Assembly (NCBI GenBank): GCA_965202985.1
Contig: CBDBCF010000001.1
Coordinates: 128,001 to 192,000, forward strand
DNA from: Longimicrobiales bacterium
Lineage (GTDB): Bacteria; Gemmatimonadota; Gemmatimonadetes; Longimicrobiales; Gaopeijiaceae
Direction of reading: 5' to 3'
Length of the DNA: 64,000 nt
Shown: in pieces, positions 18,485 to 28,800 of the stretch
Position numbering within the stretch: position 1 is the first letter of the stretch
Layout of the letters: every line of letters begins with the position of its first letter
Notes under the pieces: generated by a model
What the model was told of the DNA's origin: nothing
What the model saw: only the letters and a program-made list of their open reading frames with translations
Databases searched by the model: none
Program-made: the position numbers and the translations under genes

Positions 18485-21368
18485 CGGAGTCTTCTCCCAA
18501 CTCGAGTTGCGCCGATTCCGCCAACCACGGCTTCAGTCTAGCTTGCCGCACGATCTCGGGCCAACTCTGCACTAGCGCATTGTAGCCGAATGCCACGCTA
18601 GCCCACTTCTTGCGCTCGCAGATCAGGTAGGCGCTGTACGCCAAGTCGCGCGCCGCGTCGTCGGTTGGACCGAGCCGGTCCAGCAACTTCGCCGCCCCGA
18701 TCTCGCCGGATTCCGCGTACACCTTCAGAAGATGATGCGTCTTCTCCCAAGTCGTTGGCTGGCCATTCTCGCCGGGGTCCCAGTCCTCCGACAGTTCAGA
18801 AGGCCGAAGCAGACGAACCTGCCCGCCCATCGACTCCAGGACACCGGCCTCCGCCAAGCCGTCGATGCTGATGTTCTTCGCCTTGGCCAGCACCTCGGCA
18901 ACTCCGAATTCGCCGGCCTCGAAGCCGTGGGACTCGAACCAAGCAACGGCCCAGCGCGTGTCGCCGTCGAAATCGCCTTCGAGGGCCTCGTCCAGGGCTT
19001 GGTTGATCAGCCGGAGCGCTTCGCGAACCTTGACCGGCTTGCCGTCGGGATAGACGACGGCCGCGTGGCGCGTAAAGATGGCCATTCCGGGGCCGATAGC
19101 CGCCTGGGCCAAGTCGACCGGGGCGATGTTTCCTGTCCGTAGTTTTCGCAGAGCATCGGCCAATTCTTCCGCGAGAGCCTCTCTAAACTGGCGGCGAGTG
19201 ATAGTTCCGGCCATCGGGGAGCGCTTCCGGCAAACCAGAACGATAGAGGAGGCGAGGGCACTCGTACCCTGGCCGACTTGGCGACTTTTCATTTCCGTTC
19301 GAATGGGCCACGTGCCTGTGATCACAAAGCCAACATCAATCACCGCCTGTAGAAATGTTTCCCACCCCGTGCTTACAACACTTCCCTTTCTCTTCCTAGC
19401 AGATTGCTTGAAGGCGTAGTACACCGTAACTGGGAACGCCGGATGAGGTCGCTCCGCCAACTGCTTTAGAGCTAGAATCATTCCTCTCATGAAGAATTTC
19501 TCAGCTCTACGCCTACCACCATGGCGCCATGGCACCGCCACCAGTTCTCCAGCTTTGGGAACGGCGATTGACAGGAATAGATCAGGAAAGCAGTCTTTCA
19601 GTACGCGGCGAAGCCACACGTAGAAAAAGTCGGACAGGTCTGCATAGCCCACATTGTCGTAGTATGGCGGATCAGTGGAGACTAATCTATATGTAGACCT
19701 GGTTTCGGTAGTGGCATCACCCCGGAAGGCTGTTCCCATAGCACACTGGCCTATTCGGCTTAGTGGATCACTGGAGTAGAATACCGCCGAGCTGACACTT
19801 CCCGTGGCATGTCCAAAGAAATTACTTTCTCCGAAATCGTATATCATGGGTAGTGCCTGTCGGCCAAAGCAGTGCTGTACCTTTTGGCCAACCGGATTCC
19901 ATCGGGCCAGTTTGTTTCCCGACATTGCAAGGCGGTCGATCGCAAACGCCAAGTACACAGCCACCGCCTCGGAATAGGCCAATCCCCCCCTTCCCCCTTC
20001 GCGCAACGGCCCTCCGTCCCGGTGCATTCCAGCTGCTACCGCATCGTGCCTCACCCCAGTCCGCGCCTCCGCCACCAAGTCCGAGAACGTCGTCAGAGCC
20101 ACCAACTGGCGAGGTGTGAAAAGGTCGCCGAACCTTGCCATACCATAGATCGGCGGGGAAAACCAGCGTCTGTCATCCGGCATTTCTTGGTCGGGCATCC
20201 ACTCCGGGGTCGCCGTCGCGGTCGTTTCATGCTTCAACGTCGGGTTCAGGTACACCCTCTCCCGGTCTCCATCGGCAACTACTGCCATCAGTTTCGCGCC
20301 CATCCGCCCCGCCATGCCTTCGGCCTTGATCCAATCCGGCCCGATCGGCGTGCCCGACACCAAGCACCGGAAGTTGGATCCTCTCGACAGCTTCGTTCCT
20401 TCCCCCACCGCTCCGGGATCGTTGGGCGCGCCCCCCGCCCGAACCTCGAACCGCCACTCCCGACCCTTCACTACTGGCCGTACCCACGCCTCTTTCCCCT
20501 TCTTCCGCGACAGCCAGAACGACGAAACCAGCGGTACCTCCACATCCGCGAAGGCTGGGTTCGGGCTTCGCACTGTCCGCGCCCACAGCCACGCGATTAC
20601 CGTCAGTTCCCGACCCTCGTATTTCTTCAGGTCCCGGCGCCCGCGGCACGTCTTCGTGGAAATGAACGCCTTCGGATACAGGTGGCCGATCCGCTTCTGA
20701 GCCTCGTCCCGCATCCATTTGCCGTAGTAGCGCACGTCCTCTGCCAAGCCCTGCGCACCGCTCCACATCGAGAGTGCCTTCTCCTCGTCCGGCTTGCTAC
20801 GCCATTCCGGGTTCACGGGCGGACGACCCGCGAACTTCGGCGGAATCTCGATCATCGCCTTGTTGATCAGGACGGCGACCGGATTCAGATCGCTCGCGTG
20901 GGCCTCCAAACCGAGCCGTTGCGCCTCCAACGGCAACGCTCCGCCGCCGGCAAACGGATCATGGAACGCAGGCAAGTGGGCCGGATCGAACAGTTCCGTC
21001 GCGGACGGGTCATCCGCATGGGTCTCGCAGGTTCGCCGCCAGCTGTCCCGGATCTTGCGACGTGCCGCCCCCAGCACTTCGTCGTTCGTGGTGTTCTCCC
21101 ACTTGACCAGCTCTTCGATCAGCCTGAACAGCCGTTCACGTTCCGCATCCTGTTCAGCCTCCGTCGGAAACAGCTCGGGCCACTCCGACGGATCGTCCAC
21201 CATCTGGGCGAAGATGACGGCCCGGGCAGCCGCCAGCGGCCGTCTGGCCCACCAGAGGTGCAACGTGCTCGGATGCCCATGGCGGATCGACTTCTCGCGC
21301 GCCGACGCTGCGTTGATCGCGTCCAGCGGAAGCGCTACCTCGATCAGCTTCTTGCGAACCTTGGCCAC
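18474..21368 (-). CDS. DUF1156-family adenine-specific DNA methyltransferase
   Basis: [26 protein letters not shown] (motif I), STDPPYYDN (motif IV), TGWETFL. Confidence 0.92.
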   Translation of the reverse strand: MAKVRKKLIEVALPLDAINAASAREKSIRHGHPSTLHLWWARRPLAAARAVIFAQMVDDPSEWPELFPTEAEQDAERERLFRLIEELVKWENTTNDEVLGAARRKIRDSWRRTCETHADDPSATELFDPAHLPAFHDPFAGGGALPLEAQRLGLEAHASDLNPVAVLINKAMIEIPPKFAGRPPVNPEWRSKPDEEKALSMWSGAQGLAEDVRYYGKWMRDEAQKRIGHLYPKAFISTKTCRGRRDLKKYEGRELTVIAWLWARTVRSPNPAFADVEVPLVSSFWLSRKKGKEAWVRPVVKGREWRFEVRAGGAPNDPGAVGEGTKLSRGSNFRCLVSGTPIGPDWIKAEGMAGRMGAKLMAVVADGDRERVYLNPTLKHETTATATPEWMPDQEMPDDRRWFSPPIYGMARFGDLFTPRQLVALTTFSDLVAEARTGVRHDAVAAGMHRDGGPLREGGRGGLAYSEAVAVYLAFAIDRLAMSGNKLARWNPVGQKVQHCFGRQALPMIYDFGESNFFGHATGSVSSAVFYSSDPLSRIGQCAMGTAFRGDATTETRSTYRLVSTDPPYYDNVGYADLSDFFYVWLRRVLKDCFPDLFLSIAVPKAGELVAVPWRHGGRRRAEKFFMRGMILALKQLAERPHPAFPVTVYYAFKQSARKRKGSVVSTGWETFLQAVIDVGFVITGTWPIRTEMKSRQVGQGTSALASSIVLVCRKRSPMAGTITRRQFREALAEELADALRKLRTGNIAPVDLAQAAIGPGMAIFTRHAAVVYPDGKPVKVREALRLINQALDEALEGDFDGDTRWAVAWFESHGFEAGEFGVAEVLAKAKNISIDGLAEAGVLESMGGQVRLLRPSELSEDWDPGENGQPTTWEKTHHLLKVYAESGEIGAAKLLDRLGPTDDAARDLAYSAYLICERKKWASVAFGYNALVQSWPEIVRQARLKPWLAESAQLELGEDSDAD

Positions 21369-21369
21369 G

Positions 21370-23070
21370 TTACATGTCCACTCGCCACAAGTCGATTGCC
21401 CGCTCCGCCATGAGCGCCTGGCGTTTTTCCAGCAATGCCCAGCTCCACTCCTCGGGTGCGAGTTCCGAAACCTTCCGAGTCAAGGCGTACGCGCTCTTGC
21501 CGTACTCCACAACCTTCTCCCGATAGGCCGCGTTTCCATTCCGTGCGTTGACGCCGTGCTCGATCAGGGTCAAGTTGCCCAGGCGACTCACGGCCGAAAG
21601 TCGCTGGCGTTCTGGAAAGGCGTCGCTCCAGTCGTCGGTCGGGTTTCTCGGCAGAATATGCTCAATCGTCCCTGGATCGGTGTCGTGATCACACTCTCGT
21701 CCCGAAGCGTCGCCTTCGAGGCGGGCGAGCACGTACTTGATCAGCCTCCTTCGGCTACGAGCGATTGCCAGTTCCGCGAAGCTTTGCTGGAATGGTGCAT
21801 CCTCAACGTAGACTGATCCCAGTTCCTCGAATAGCCCCCGGGCGTTTCGGACGTCACCTGCCGCCACGGCCTTCGCCGTCTGATGGCAGGCCGATTCAAG
21901 CCGCACCCCGCAGAGCCGCCCAACTACGGAGTATCGAAAGACGATCGTGCTCACCAACTTCAAGGATTTGGCAAACTCCCGGAGAGACAGATGGTCCCAT
22001 GCCGCGAACAACAAGGGCGTCACCTGCCGTGCTTCGAAGAGGATCAGTTCCGAAACGCTGCGTTTGGCACCCGGAAGGTCGGTCCAGTACTCGTGCGCGG
22101 GCTGGCGAAGTGCGGCGAAGAGTTCTCCGCGCGGCTCTATGGCCTTGAATAAGCTAAAAACGTCGTGAGCACTTCTAATCTCGCTTCGCACGAGCTTGAA
22201 CAAGCGGTGGCCACGAGCCTCGGGATGCGTGCACCGCAGGTGATACCGAAGGAAATCGGGAAAGCAAGACGGTTCCACGGCCGTGATCAAAGACTGCCAG
22301 CGTCGATCAAGGATGCGCAGGTCGCTCTTGACCCGCATCATCGAAAAGAGGAAGTTCTTGAGCAAGTCCGTGGTGGTACGCTTAAGCCCTCGGGCGTTCA
22401 ACGTCTCGACCACGGTGTACGCGCTCAGCTCGTCGTCTACGGTGATGACGATGAACAACAGGCCACGGCCTACGGTCTCCGACAGAATGCCGGCGAGGGC
22501 TTCGCCGTCGTTCCTCACGTCGGGCATCTCGTCCAAGTGCGCCCGAAAGTACCCAAACGCCTTCCACAGCTGTCGATTCGACGCCGCCAAGCCACGGAGA
22601 TTGTCAGGCTCCCGAAGCTGTACCAGGATGTCCTGATAGAAGTCGTCGTCAGTGTGGTTCAGCGTCAACCGGCTGTGCTCCAGAAGCGACGCAGGATCCT
22701 TCTCCCCCACAAAGCGGTTGCGAAGCGCCTTGCTCCTTGCCCGATTCGCTTCGGAGTCGACCCCGTCTCTCGCCAAGTCCTCCAGCTTGGCGATCACGGC
22801 CAGTGCAAGCACGCTAAGGGTCGCCAGCCGCTGCTGACCGTCGATCACCGCGAACTCGCGATCGTTCGTGGACTCGACAACCAATATGCCCAGGTAGTGC
22901 CTGCCCTCTCTTCCTGCCCGCACTTCCAGGATGTCCATCCAGAGGTCGTCCCACTGCTCCCGCGTCCACGAGTAGTCGCGCTGATAGAGCGGGACCCGAT
23001 ACACCCTTCCGTTCCCGAGCAGCTCGCGGTAGTCGGTGGTTCGGGGGTGCAACTGGCTGGCTAGGTTCAT
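21370..23070 (-). CDS. DUF262-DUF1524 (GmrSD-like) protein with HNH-type C-terminus
   Basis: YQRDYSW, IDGQQRL, ETLNARG, DLLKN, TIEHILP, LGNLTL...N motifs. Confidence 0.88.
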   Translation of the reverse strand: MNLASQLHPRTTDYRELLGNGRVYRVPLYQRDYSWTREQWDDLWMDILEVRAGREGRHYLGILVVESTNDREFAVIDGQQRLATLSVLALAVIAKLEDLARDGVDSEANRARSKALRNRFVGEKDPASLLEHSRLTLNHTDDDFYQDILVQLREPDNLRGLAASNRQLWKAFGYFRAHLDEMPDVRNDGEALAGILSETVGRGLLFIVITVDDELSAYTVVETLNARGLKRTTTDLLKNFLFSMMRVKSDLRILDRRWQSLITAVEPSCFPDFLRYHLRCTHPEARGHRLFKLVRSEIRSAHDVFSLFKAIEPRGELFAALRQPAHEYWTDLPGAKRSVSELILFEARQVTPLLFAAWDHLSLREFAKSLKLVSTIVFRYSVVGRLCGVRLESACHQTAKAVAAGDVRNARGLFEELGSVYVEDAPFQQSFAELAIARSRRRLIKYVLARLEGDASGRECDHDTDPGTIEHILPRNPTDDWSDAFPERQRLSAVSRLGNLTLIEHGVNARNGNAAYREKVVEYGKSAYALTRKVSELAPEEWSWALLEKRQALMAERAIDLWRVDM

Positions 23071-23127
23071 CTGTGTGGCGGAACAGGCGGTGGTCCAACT
23101 GGGAAACGGCGGACACGATACGGTAAC

Positions 23128-23286
23128 TCACCCGAGTTCCAAAGACAAGTCCCGCACGGTCTCACAGCCCGAAACCGGAAGAATCAACGGTCCGAGGGAC
23201 ATTGGCCTTCGGTCAGGCTGTCGAGCTGCTCTCTTCGATGCCCAGCGCTTCACGTCTCTGATTCGCTGTCTGTCTGCCGCGTCCAT
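23128..23286 (-). CDS. Small hypothetical protein (52 aa)
   Basis: AGGAG SD before ATG (MDAADRQRIRDVKRW...); below the ORF-track cutoff; no recognisable domain. Confidence 0.35.
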   Translation of the reverse strand: MDAADRQRIRDVKRWASKRAARQPDRRPMSLGPLILPVSGCETVRDLSLELG

Positions 23287-23317
23287 GCTGTTCTCCTGCT
23301 GGTGGTTGGTGGGAACT

Positions 23318-23661
23318 TCATCCTAACACATTCGTTGTCGCGTCAAGTGGCGGGTCGAAGGCGGAGGCGTTGGGCGGATTCGGCGCCTGCGCGACGTCGT
23401 TTGCGACGGCGGAGACTTTGGATGCCGCTTCCTTCGTCTTGCGGGCTCCCGTCTTGGCGGCGTCGGCGGTCAGTTCGGCTCCCGAGCGGCGGCCGCGGAG
23501 GTCTTCGCGGCCGCCTGCTTCGTCTTGTCGGAACCTGTTCTGCTGGCGTCGGCAGCCTTGGCGGAAGTTCTTTCGGCCGCACGGCTTGCGCAGCTGCGGC
23601 GGACCTCTTGGCGGACCTTCCGACAGTTCTTGGTGGTCGTCTTCGTCGTTTGGCGCGTCAT
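23318..23661 (-). pseudogene. Apparently frameshifted Ala/Lys/Thr-rich repetitive protein
   Basis: ATGA-coupled start; similar helical repeats (AERTSAKAADASRTGSDKTKQAAAKTSAAA and GAELTADAAKTGARKTKEAASKVSAVA) lie in different frames. Confidence 0.4.
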
Positions 23662-24053
23662 TCGTCGTCCTGCTTCATGCAGAGGTGGAGGAGTCTTTCG
23701 AAGATGTTGAGCTTCATGTACTTCTCGAGCTGGTCTTTTCGCACTTTGCCCTTGTAGGTGAGGCTCGCCCACATTCTGTTGGTAGTGTCGTAGTGGCTGA
23801 GATCTGGAGGATTGGCCGCATTGATGTCATCATAAGTAATTCTCACCAGTCCCTGATCTGCGGCGATTGCGGATGCGGGGTTCTCGGGAGGCCGTTGATA
23901 ATCTTTTGCTTCTCGTTTGTGGTTGGCGTCGGCAATTCGCAGGACCTCGAGAAGTGCGACGTTCGTTTTGTATCGGCGATACGACTTCCACGAGGCGAAT
24001 CCAATCACGCCCAGCGTGGTCAGCGTAGTCATCAGGTCGGCCACCAGGTTCAC
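23658..24053 (-). CDS. Hypothetical protein with N-terminal membrane anchor
   Basis: 131-aa ORF in low-GC DNA, hydrophobic LMTTLTTLGVIGFASW followed by basic residues. Confidence 0.55.
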   Translation of the reverse strand: MNLVADLMTTLTTLGVIGFASWKSYRRYKTNVALLEVLRIADANHKREAKDYQRPPENPASAIAADQGLVRITYDDINAANPPDLSHYDTTNRMWASLTYKGKVRKDQLEKYMKLNIFERLLHLCMKQDDE

Positions 24054-24104
24054 TTGTCCATCCTTTCTGCGTCTCGGTTCGGGCGACGTTGATGTACTGC
24101 TTGT

Positions 24105-24650
24105 TCAACAAGATCCTTCGGATACGTACACTCTTCTGCCTTGGGTGCGAACTCGAACCCATCCTCTCCATGCCGTATTGGTAATAAGCCATGGACCGTT
24201 TGCCATCGTCGATATGGCAACGTGTGGAAGATGTTTTATCCACTGTCGCCTTCGATCTGCGGAAACGACAATCCCACCAGCAATGGAAACGTCAGGTTCT
24301 ATTGGAGGTTGGCCGATCGAAATCGTTTCGCATTCTCTCAACCTTCTATCGAACTCGATGGATATTGGATCGAAATGAAGATGCAGAGTAAGCTTGCGGA
24401 ACCTGTCTTGCAGGTTGCGAAGTCGTTCGAATCCCCCCGGATGCGCTAGGCGGAAGCTTTCGCCATGTCCATAGTCGGGCCTCGCTCGTTCGTGATAGAC
24501 CAGTCCTTCTTTGACAAGCATGGTCAACACCTGTCGACGCAACTCAGATGTGCTTTTGTTAGCGTCGATATCCTGAAGGGATTCCAAGACCTGAAGCTCG
24601 GCGATTGTGGCAGGGCGAATATCTTCGCCCTCGTATACAAACCGCGTCAT
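24105..24650 (-). CDS. Hypothetical protein, possible N-terminal winged helix
   Basis: AAGGA SD before ATG; ELQVLESL...VLTMLVKEGLV pattern. Confidence 0.55.
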   Translation of the reverse strand: MTRFVYEGEDIRPATIAELQVLESLQDIDANKSTSELRRQVLTMLVKEGLVYHERARPDYGHGESFRLAHPGGFERLRNLQDRFRKLTLHLHFDPISIEFDRRLRECETISIGQPPIEPDVSIAGGIVVSADRRRQWIKHLPHVAISTMANGPWLITNTAWRGWVRVRTQGRRVYVSEGSC

Positions 24651-24767
24651 GTGTTATTCCTTGTTGTGAATTGGCATTCGTTCCTCGGGCGTTTTCTCGC
24701 GATGATAACCCGAGATCACGTTACACACGAGACATGAACGACCGCCAACGATTGGTTTTTGGTTGCT

Positions 24768-25070
24768 CTACTCGATGTTTTCCTGCGCTTGCTGTCGGCG
24801 CTCGTAGAAGTCGTCTCGCTTCTTCCGAGCGTTTTCGAGCAACCCCTTATCCTCGACGAGGCGCTGGAGCCATTCCTTGTCGATCACGGACACGATGCCA
24901 ACGGTGATGCTTGTATCCTCCCTGTCGAGAGGAATTGGCGTTACTCGCATCCCACCGAGCTTCACGCTGAGCTCGGGCCACGCGGCAACACCGTACAGCG
25001 CCAGGCTGTCGATGAGGAACTGAGCTTCGACGGGGTGGAACCGTTGTGTGAACCGCTCGGATTGGAACAT
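24768..25070 (-). CDS. Hypothetical protein (100 aa)
   Basis: AAGGAG SD before ATG (MFQSERF...); charged helical C-terminus. Confidence 0.55.
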   Translation of the reverse strand: MFQSERFTQRFHPVEAQFLIDSLALYGVAAWPELSVKLGGMRVTPIPLDREDTSITVGIVSVIDKEWLQRLVEDKGLLENARKKRDDFYERRQQAQENIE

Positions 25071-25404
25071 ATTGTTCTCCTTGAGCTTTGAGTGTGGACC
25101 GCGGTGCGGTCTCGACACTTGATCCTACTACAATCGCATACGGAAGTCAAGTGGGCAGTTCGTACAGTAATCGTTCGAAACTTGTCGGGAAGGGTAGTTG
25201 GGTAGGGCTGGACCGAGATCATCGAAGAGACGCGCATTACGGAGCTCGCTCATGCAAGATCGGTGTCCGAAAGGCCTTCAATGCGGCCTTGTTGCCGCCC
25301 TGGGCAGACGGTTCGCGGCAGAACGCATTGCGCAAATCGTCGAGCCAACCGTTCAAGTCGGACATGCCGAGCATCTTCAACACGGCCGCGTCGAATTCGT
25401 GGTG

Positions 25405-25424
25405 CCCCCCCCCCCCCCCCCCCC
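25405..25424. repeat. C20 homopolymer
   Basis: 20 consecutive C (G20 on the coding minus strand). Confidence 0.95.
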
Positions 25425-25450
25425 GCACCCCGTACAAATACCGAAGCCCG

Positions 25451-25774
25451 CTCGCCGCCAGCTTTCTGGATCTCGGTACGGGCCCGTTCCAGAACTTCCT
25501 CGTTCGTGGTGTTCTCCCACTTGACCAGCTCTCCGATCAGCTTGAACAGCCGCTTTCGATCCGCGTCCTGGTCCTCATCGGTAGGAAGCAGCTCGGGCCA
25601 CGCTGAGGGATCGTCCACCATCTGGGCGAAGATGACGGCTCGTGCCGCCGCCAGCGGCCGCCTCGCCGACTTCTCGCGCCCCGCCGCCGCGTTGATTGCA
25701 TCCAGCGGAAGCGCAACCTCGATCAGCTTCCTGCGGGGACTCGACGGACTCACGCCCACGCCGCCCGATGCCAT
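25451..25774 (-). pseudogene. Truncated, degenerate 5' copy of the DUF1156 methyltransferase
   Basis: [16 protein letters not shown]...AQMVDDPS...[13 protein letters not shown] aligns with about 21033-21355, with many synonymous changes, a 39-nt in-frame deletion (IRHGHPSTLHLWW) and a 1-nt frameshift just before the SWRR motif. Confidence 0.88.
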
Positions 25775-25834
25775 CGATTCGTGAGTTCCGCCATCCTCCG
25801 CCCCGGTTGGTGTTGGTTTCGCTTCGCCGATTCT

Positions 25835-25863
25835 ACCGTATCTTCCCCTGCCCTCCTCGTCAA
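25835..25863 (-). promoter_or_regulatory. Putative leftward sigma70 promoter
   Basis: TTGACG-N17-TACGGT on the minus strand between the divergent genes. Confidence 0.45.
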
Positions 25864-25886
25864 ACCCCCCAACCAAGGCCTCGCCC

Positions 25887-28800
25887 GTGCGCCTTGAAGA
25901 CCTGACCCCCGGCGCCAAGGTGCACGGGGTGCTCCCGGACGGCGCAGCCACCGTCGTCGGCGTCAAGTGGTTCGGGTCCGAAGCGCTGGAGCTGGCCTAC
26001 AAGACGCCGGACGGCCGGATCGCCGACAAGCTGCTCTACCGGGACGACGAGGCGCGCCTGGAGGTCGTCGCGCAGGAGCGGCCATGGAGCTTCGACGGGG
26101 ACGGGGCGCTGTTCCGGCTGGTGTCGGAGGCGCTGCGGATTCGGCTGGCACACCTCTTCGATCCCATGCTGGCCGTCCACACGTCACGCGTCGAGCCGCT
26201 GCCGCACCAGATTACGGCGGTGTACGAGGCGATGCTGCCCCGGCAGCCGCTGCGCTTTCTGCTGGCGGACGATCCGGGGGCCGGGAAGACGATCATGGCG
26301 GGGCTGCTCATGCGGGAACTCGTTGCTCGGGGCGACCTGGAGCGTTGCCTGGTGGTGTGTCCGGGGGCGCTGGCGGAGCAGTGGCAGGACGAGCTGCGCG
26401 GCCGCTTCGACCTGCCGTTCGAGATCCTGACCAACGACAAGCTGGAGGCGGCGGGCACGGGCAACTGGTTCGCGGAGGCGGACCTGATCATCGCGCGCTT
26501 GGACAAGCTGTCGCGCAACGAGGACGTGCAGGAGATGCTCAAGGCGCCGGACTGCCGCTGGGACTTGGTGGTGTGCGACGAGGCCCACAAGATGTCGGCC
26601 ACGTACTTCGGCGGCGAAGTCAAGTACACCAAGCGCCACAAGCTGGGACAGCTGCTGTCCGGGCTGACGCGCCACTTCTTGCTCATGACCGCCACGCCCC
26701 ACAACGGCAAGGAGCAGGACTTCCAGCTCTTCATGTCGCTGCTGGACGGCGACCGCTTCGAGGGCCGGTTTCGGGACGGCGTGCACGTGACCGACGTGTC
26801 CGACATCATGCGTCGCGTCGTCAAGGAAGGGCTGCTCCGCTTCGACGGCACGCCCCTCTTCCCCGAGCGCAAGGCCCACACGGTGCCGTACAGGCTGTCC
26901 GACGCCGAGGCGCACCTGTACGCCGAGGTCACGCAGTACGTGCGCGAGGAGTTCAACCGCGCCGAGGCCCTCGAGAACGAACGGCGGGCGGGCAACGTCG
27001 GCTTCGCCCTTACGATCCTGCAACGGCGCTTGGCGTCGTCGCCCGCCGCGATCCACCACTCCCTGCGAAGACGACGGGAGCGCTTGGAGAGCCGGCTCCG
27101 GGAAGCCGAGTCCGCGCCCTCGACGCCCGCCTTCGACCTGTACGACGCCGAGGCCCTTGCCGACTTGGAGGACGCGCCCGAGATCGAGCGACAAGCCGCC
27201 GAGGCCGAACTGTCGAGCAGGGCGACGGCCGCCCGCACCATCCCCGAACTGAGGGCGGAGATCGCCACCCTGCGACGGCTGGAACGCTTGGCCACGGACG
27301 TGCTTCGGAGCGGCACGGACGCAAAGTGGCAGGAGCTGGCCGACGTGTTTCGGCAGGTCTTCACGTCGTCTGGCCTGCGGGGGCGGGTCATGGAGTCCCC
27401 CAAGCTCCCCTACGGCGCGGGCGAAATCCCGCCGCACACGCCTTCGGCCACGCAGAAGTTGGTGATCTTCACGGAGCACAGGGACACGCTGGACTACTTG
27501 GAGACGCGCATCGCGACGCTGCTGGGACGGCCGGGCAGCTTGGTCGTCGTCCACGGGGGCGTGAGGCGCGAAGACCGGCTGAAGGCGCAGGAGGCGTTTC
27601 GCCACGACCCCGAGACGCAAGTGCTCTTGGCCACCGACGCGGCGGGGGAAGGGGTGAACCTGCAGCGGGCGCACCTGATGGTGAACTACGACCTGCCCTG
27701 GAACCCCAACCGGATCGAGCAGCGCTTCGGGCGCATCCACCGAATCGGCCAGCGCCAGGTGTGCCACATCTGGAACCTCGTCGCCGCCGAAACCCGCGAG
27801 GGCGACGTGTACCGCCGGCTTCTCGAGAAGCTGGAACAGGCGCGGGAGGCCCTGGGCGGCAAGGTCTTCGACGTGCTGGGGAAGCTTCACTTCGAGGGCA
27901 GGCCGTTGCGCGACCTGCTGACGGAGGCGGTGCGCTACGGCGAGCAGCCGGAGGTGAAGGCCCGTCTCGACAGGGTCGTGGAGCACGCCCTGGACCGGGA
28001 CAGGCTTCGCGACCTGCTGGAGGACGAAGCCCTTGCCCACGGCGCGATCGACGCCCGGAAGCTGCACAAGGTGCGCGAAGAGATGGAGCGCGCCGAGGCC
28101 CGCCGGCTTCAACCGCACTACGTGGAGTCGTTCTTCGTCGAGGCGTTTGGGCGGCTGGGAGGCAAGGCGCGGCAACGGGAGCCTCGCCGCTATCAGGTCA
28201 CCCACGTGCCTGCCGCCGTGCGCGCTCGGGGTCGGTCAGCGGGCGTTCGGGAGCCGGTGCTGTCCCGCTACGAGCGCATTGCCTTCGACAAGGAGATGGA
28301 GCCGCCTGTCGGCCAGCCGCCGGCGGCGTTCGTGTGCCCCGGCCACCCTTTGCTCGACGCGGTCCTGGACTTGACGCTGGAGCGCCACCGCGAGCTGCTG
28401 AAGCGCGGGACGGTGCTCGTGGACGACCGCGACGCCGGCGTCGAGCCCAGGGTGCTCTTCTACCTGGAACACGCGGTGCAGGACGGCGGCACGACGCAGG
28501 GTGGGGCACGTCGGATCGTGTCCAAGACCGTGCTTCACCTGGAGATGGACGGGTCGGGCCGCATCTGGCACGTGGACTGCGCGCCCTACCTCGACTATCG
28601 CCCGCTGACCAGCGCCGAACCGGAGATCGCCGCCATTCTGGACCGCCCCGAATGCGGATGGGTCGGCGACGGACTGGAGGCGCGCATGGTGGAGTGGGCC
28701 GTGGCGCAGGCCGTGCCGCGGCACCTGGAGGAAGTGCGGGACTTTCGACATGCGCTGATCGACAAGACGCGGGCCGCCGTCAAGGGCCGCCTAACCAACG

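Noticed and set aside
18918..18940. Third FESHGFE-encoding match to the 26-bp repeat inside the DUF1156 gene
   Set aside because: In frame within a conserved protein region and shorter than the other match; probably coincidental coding similarity.
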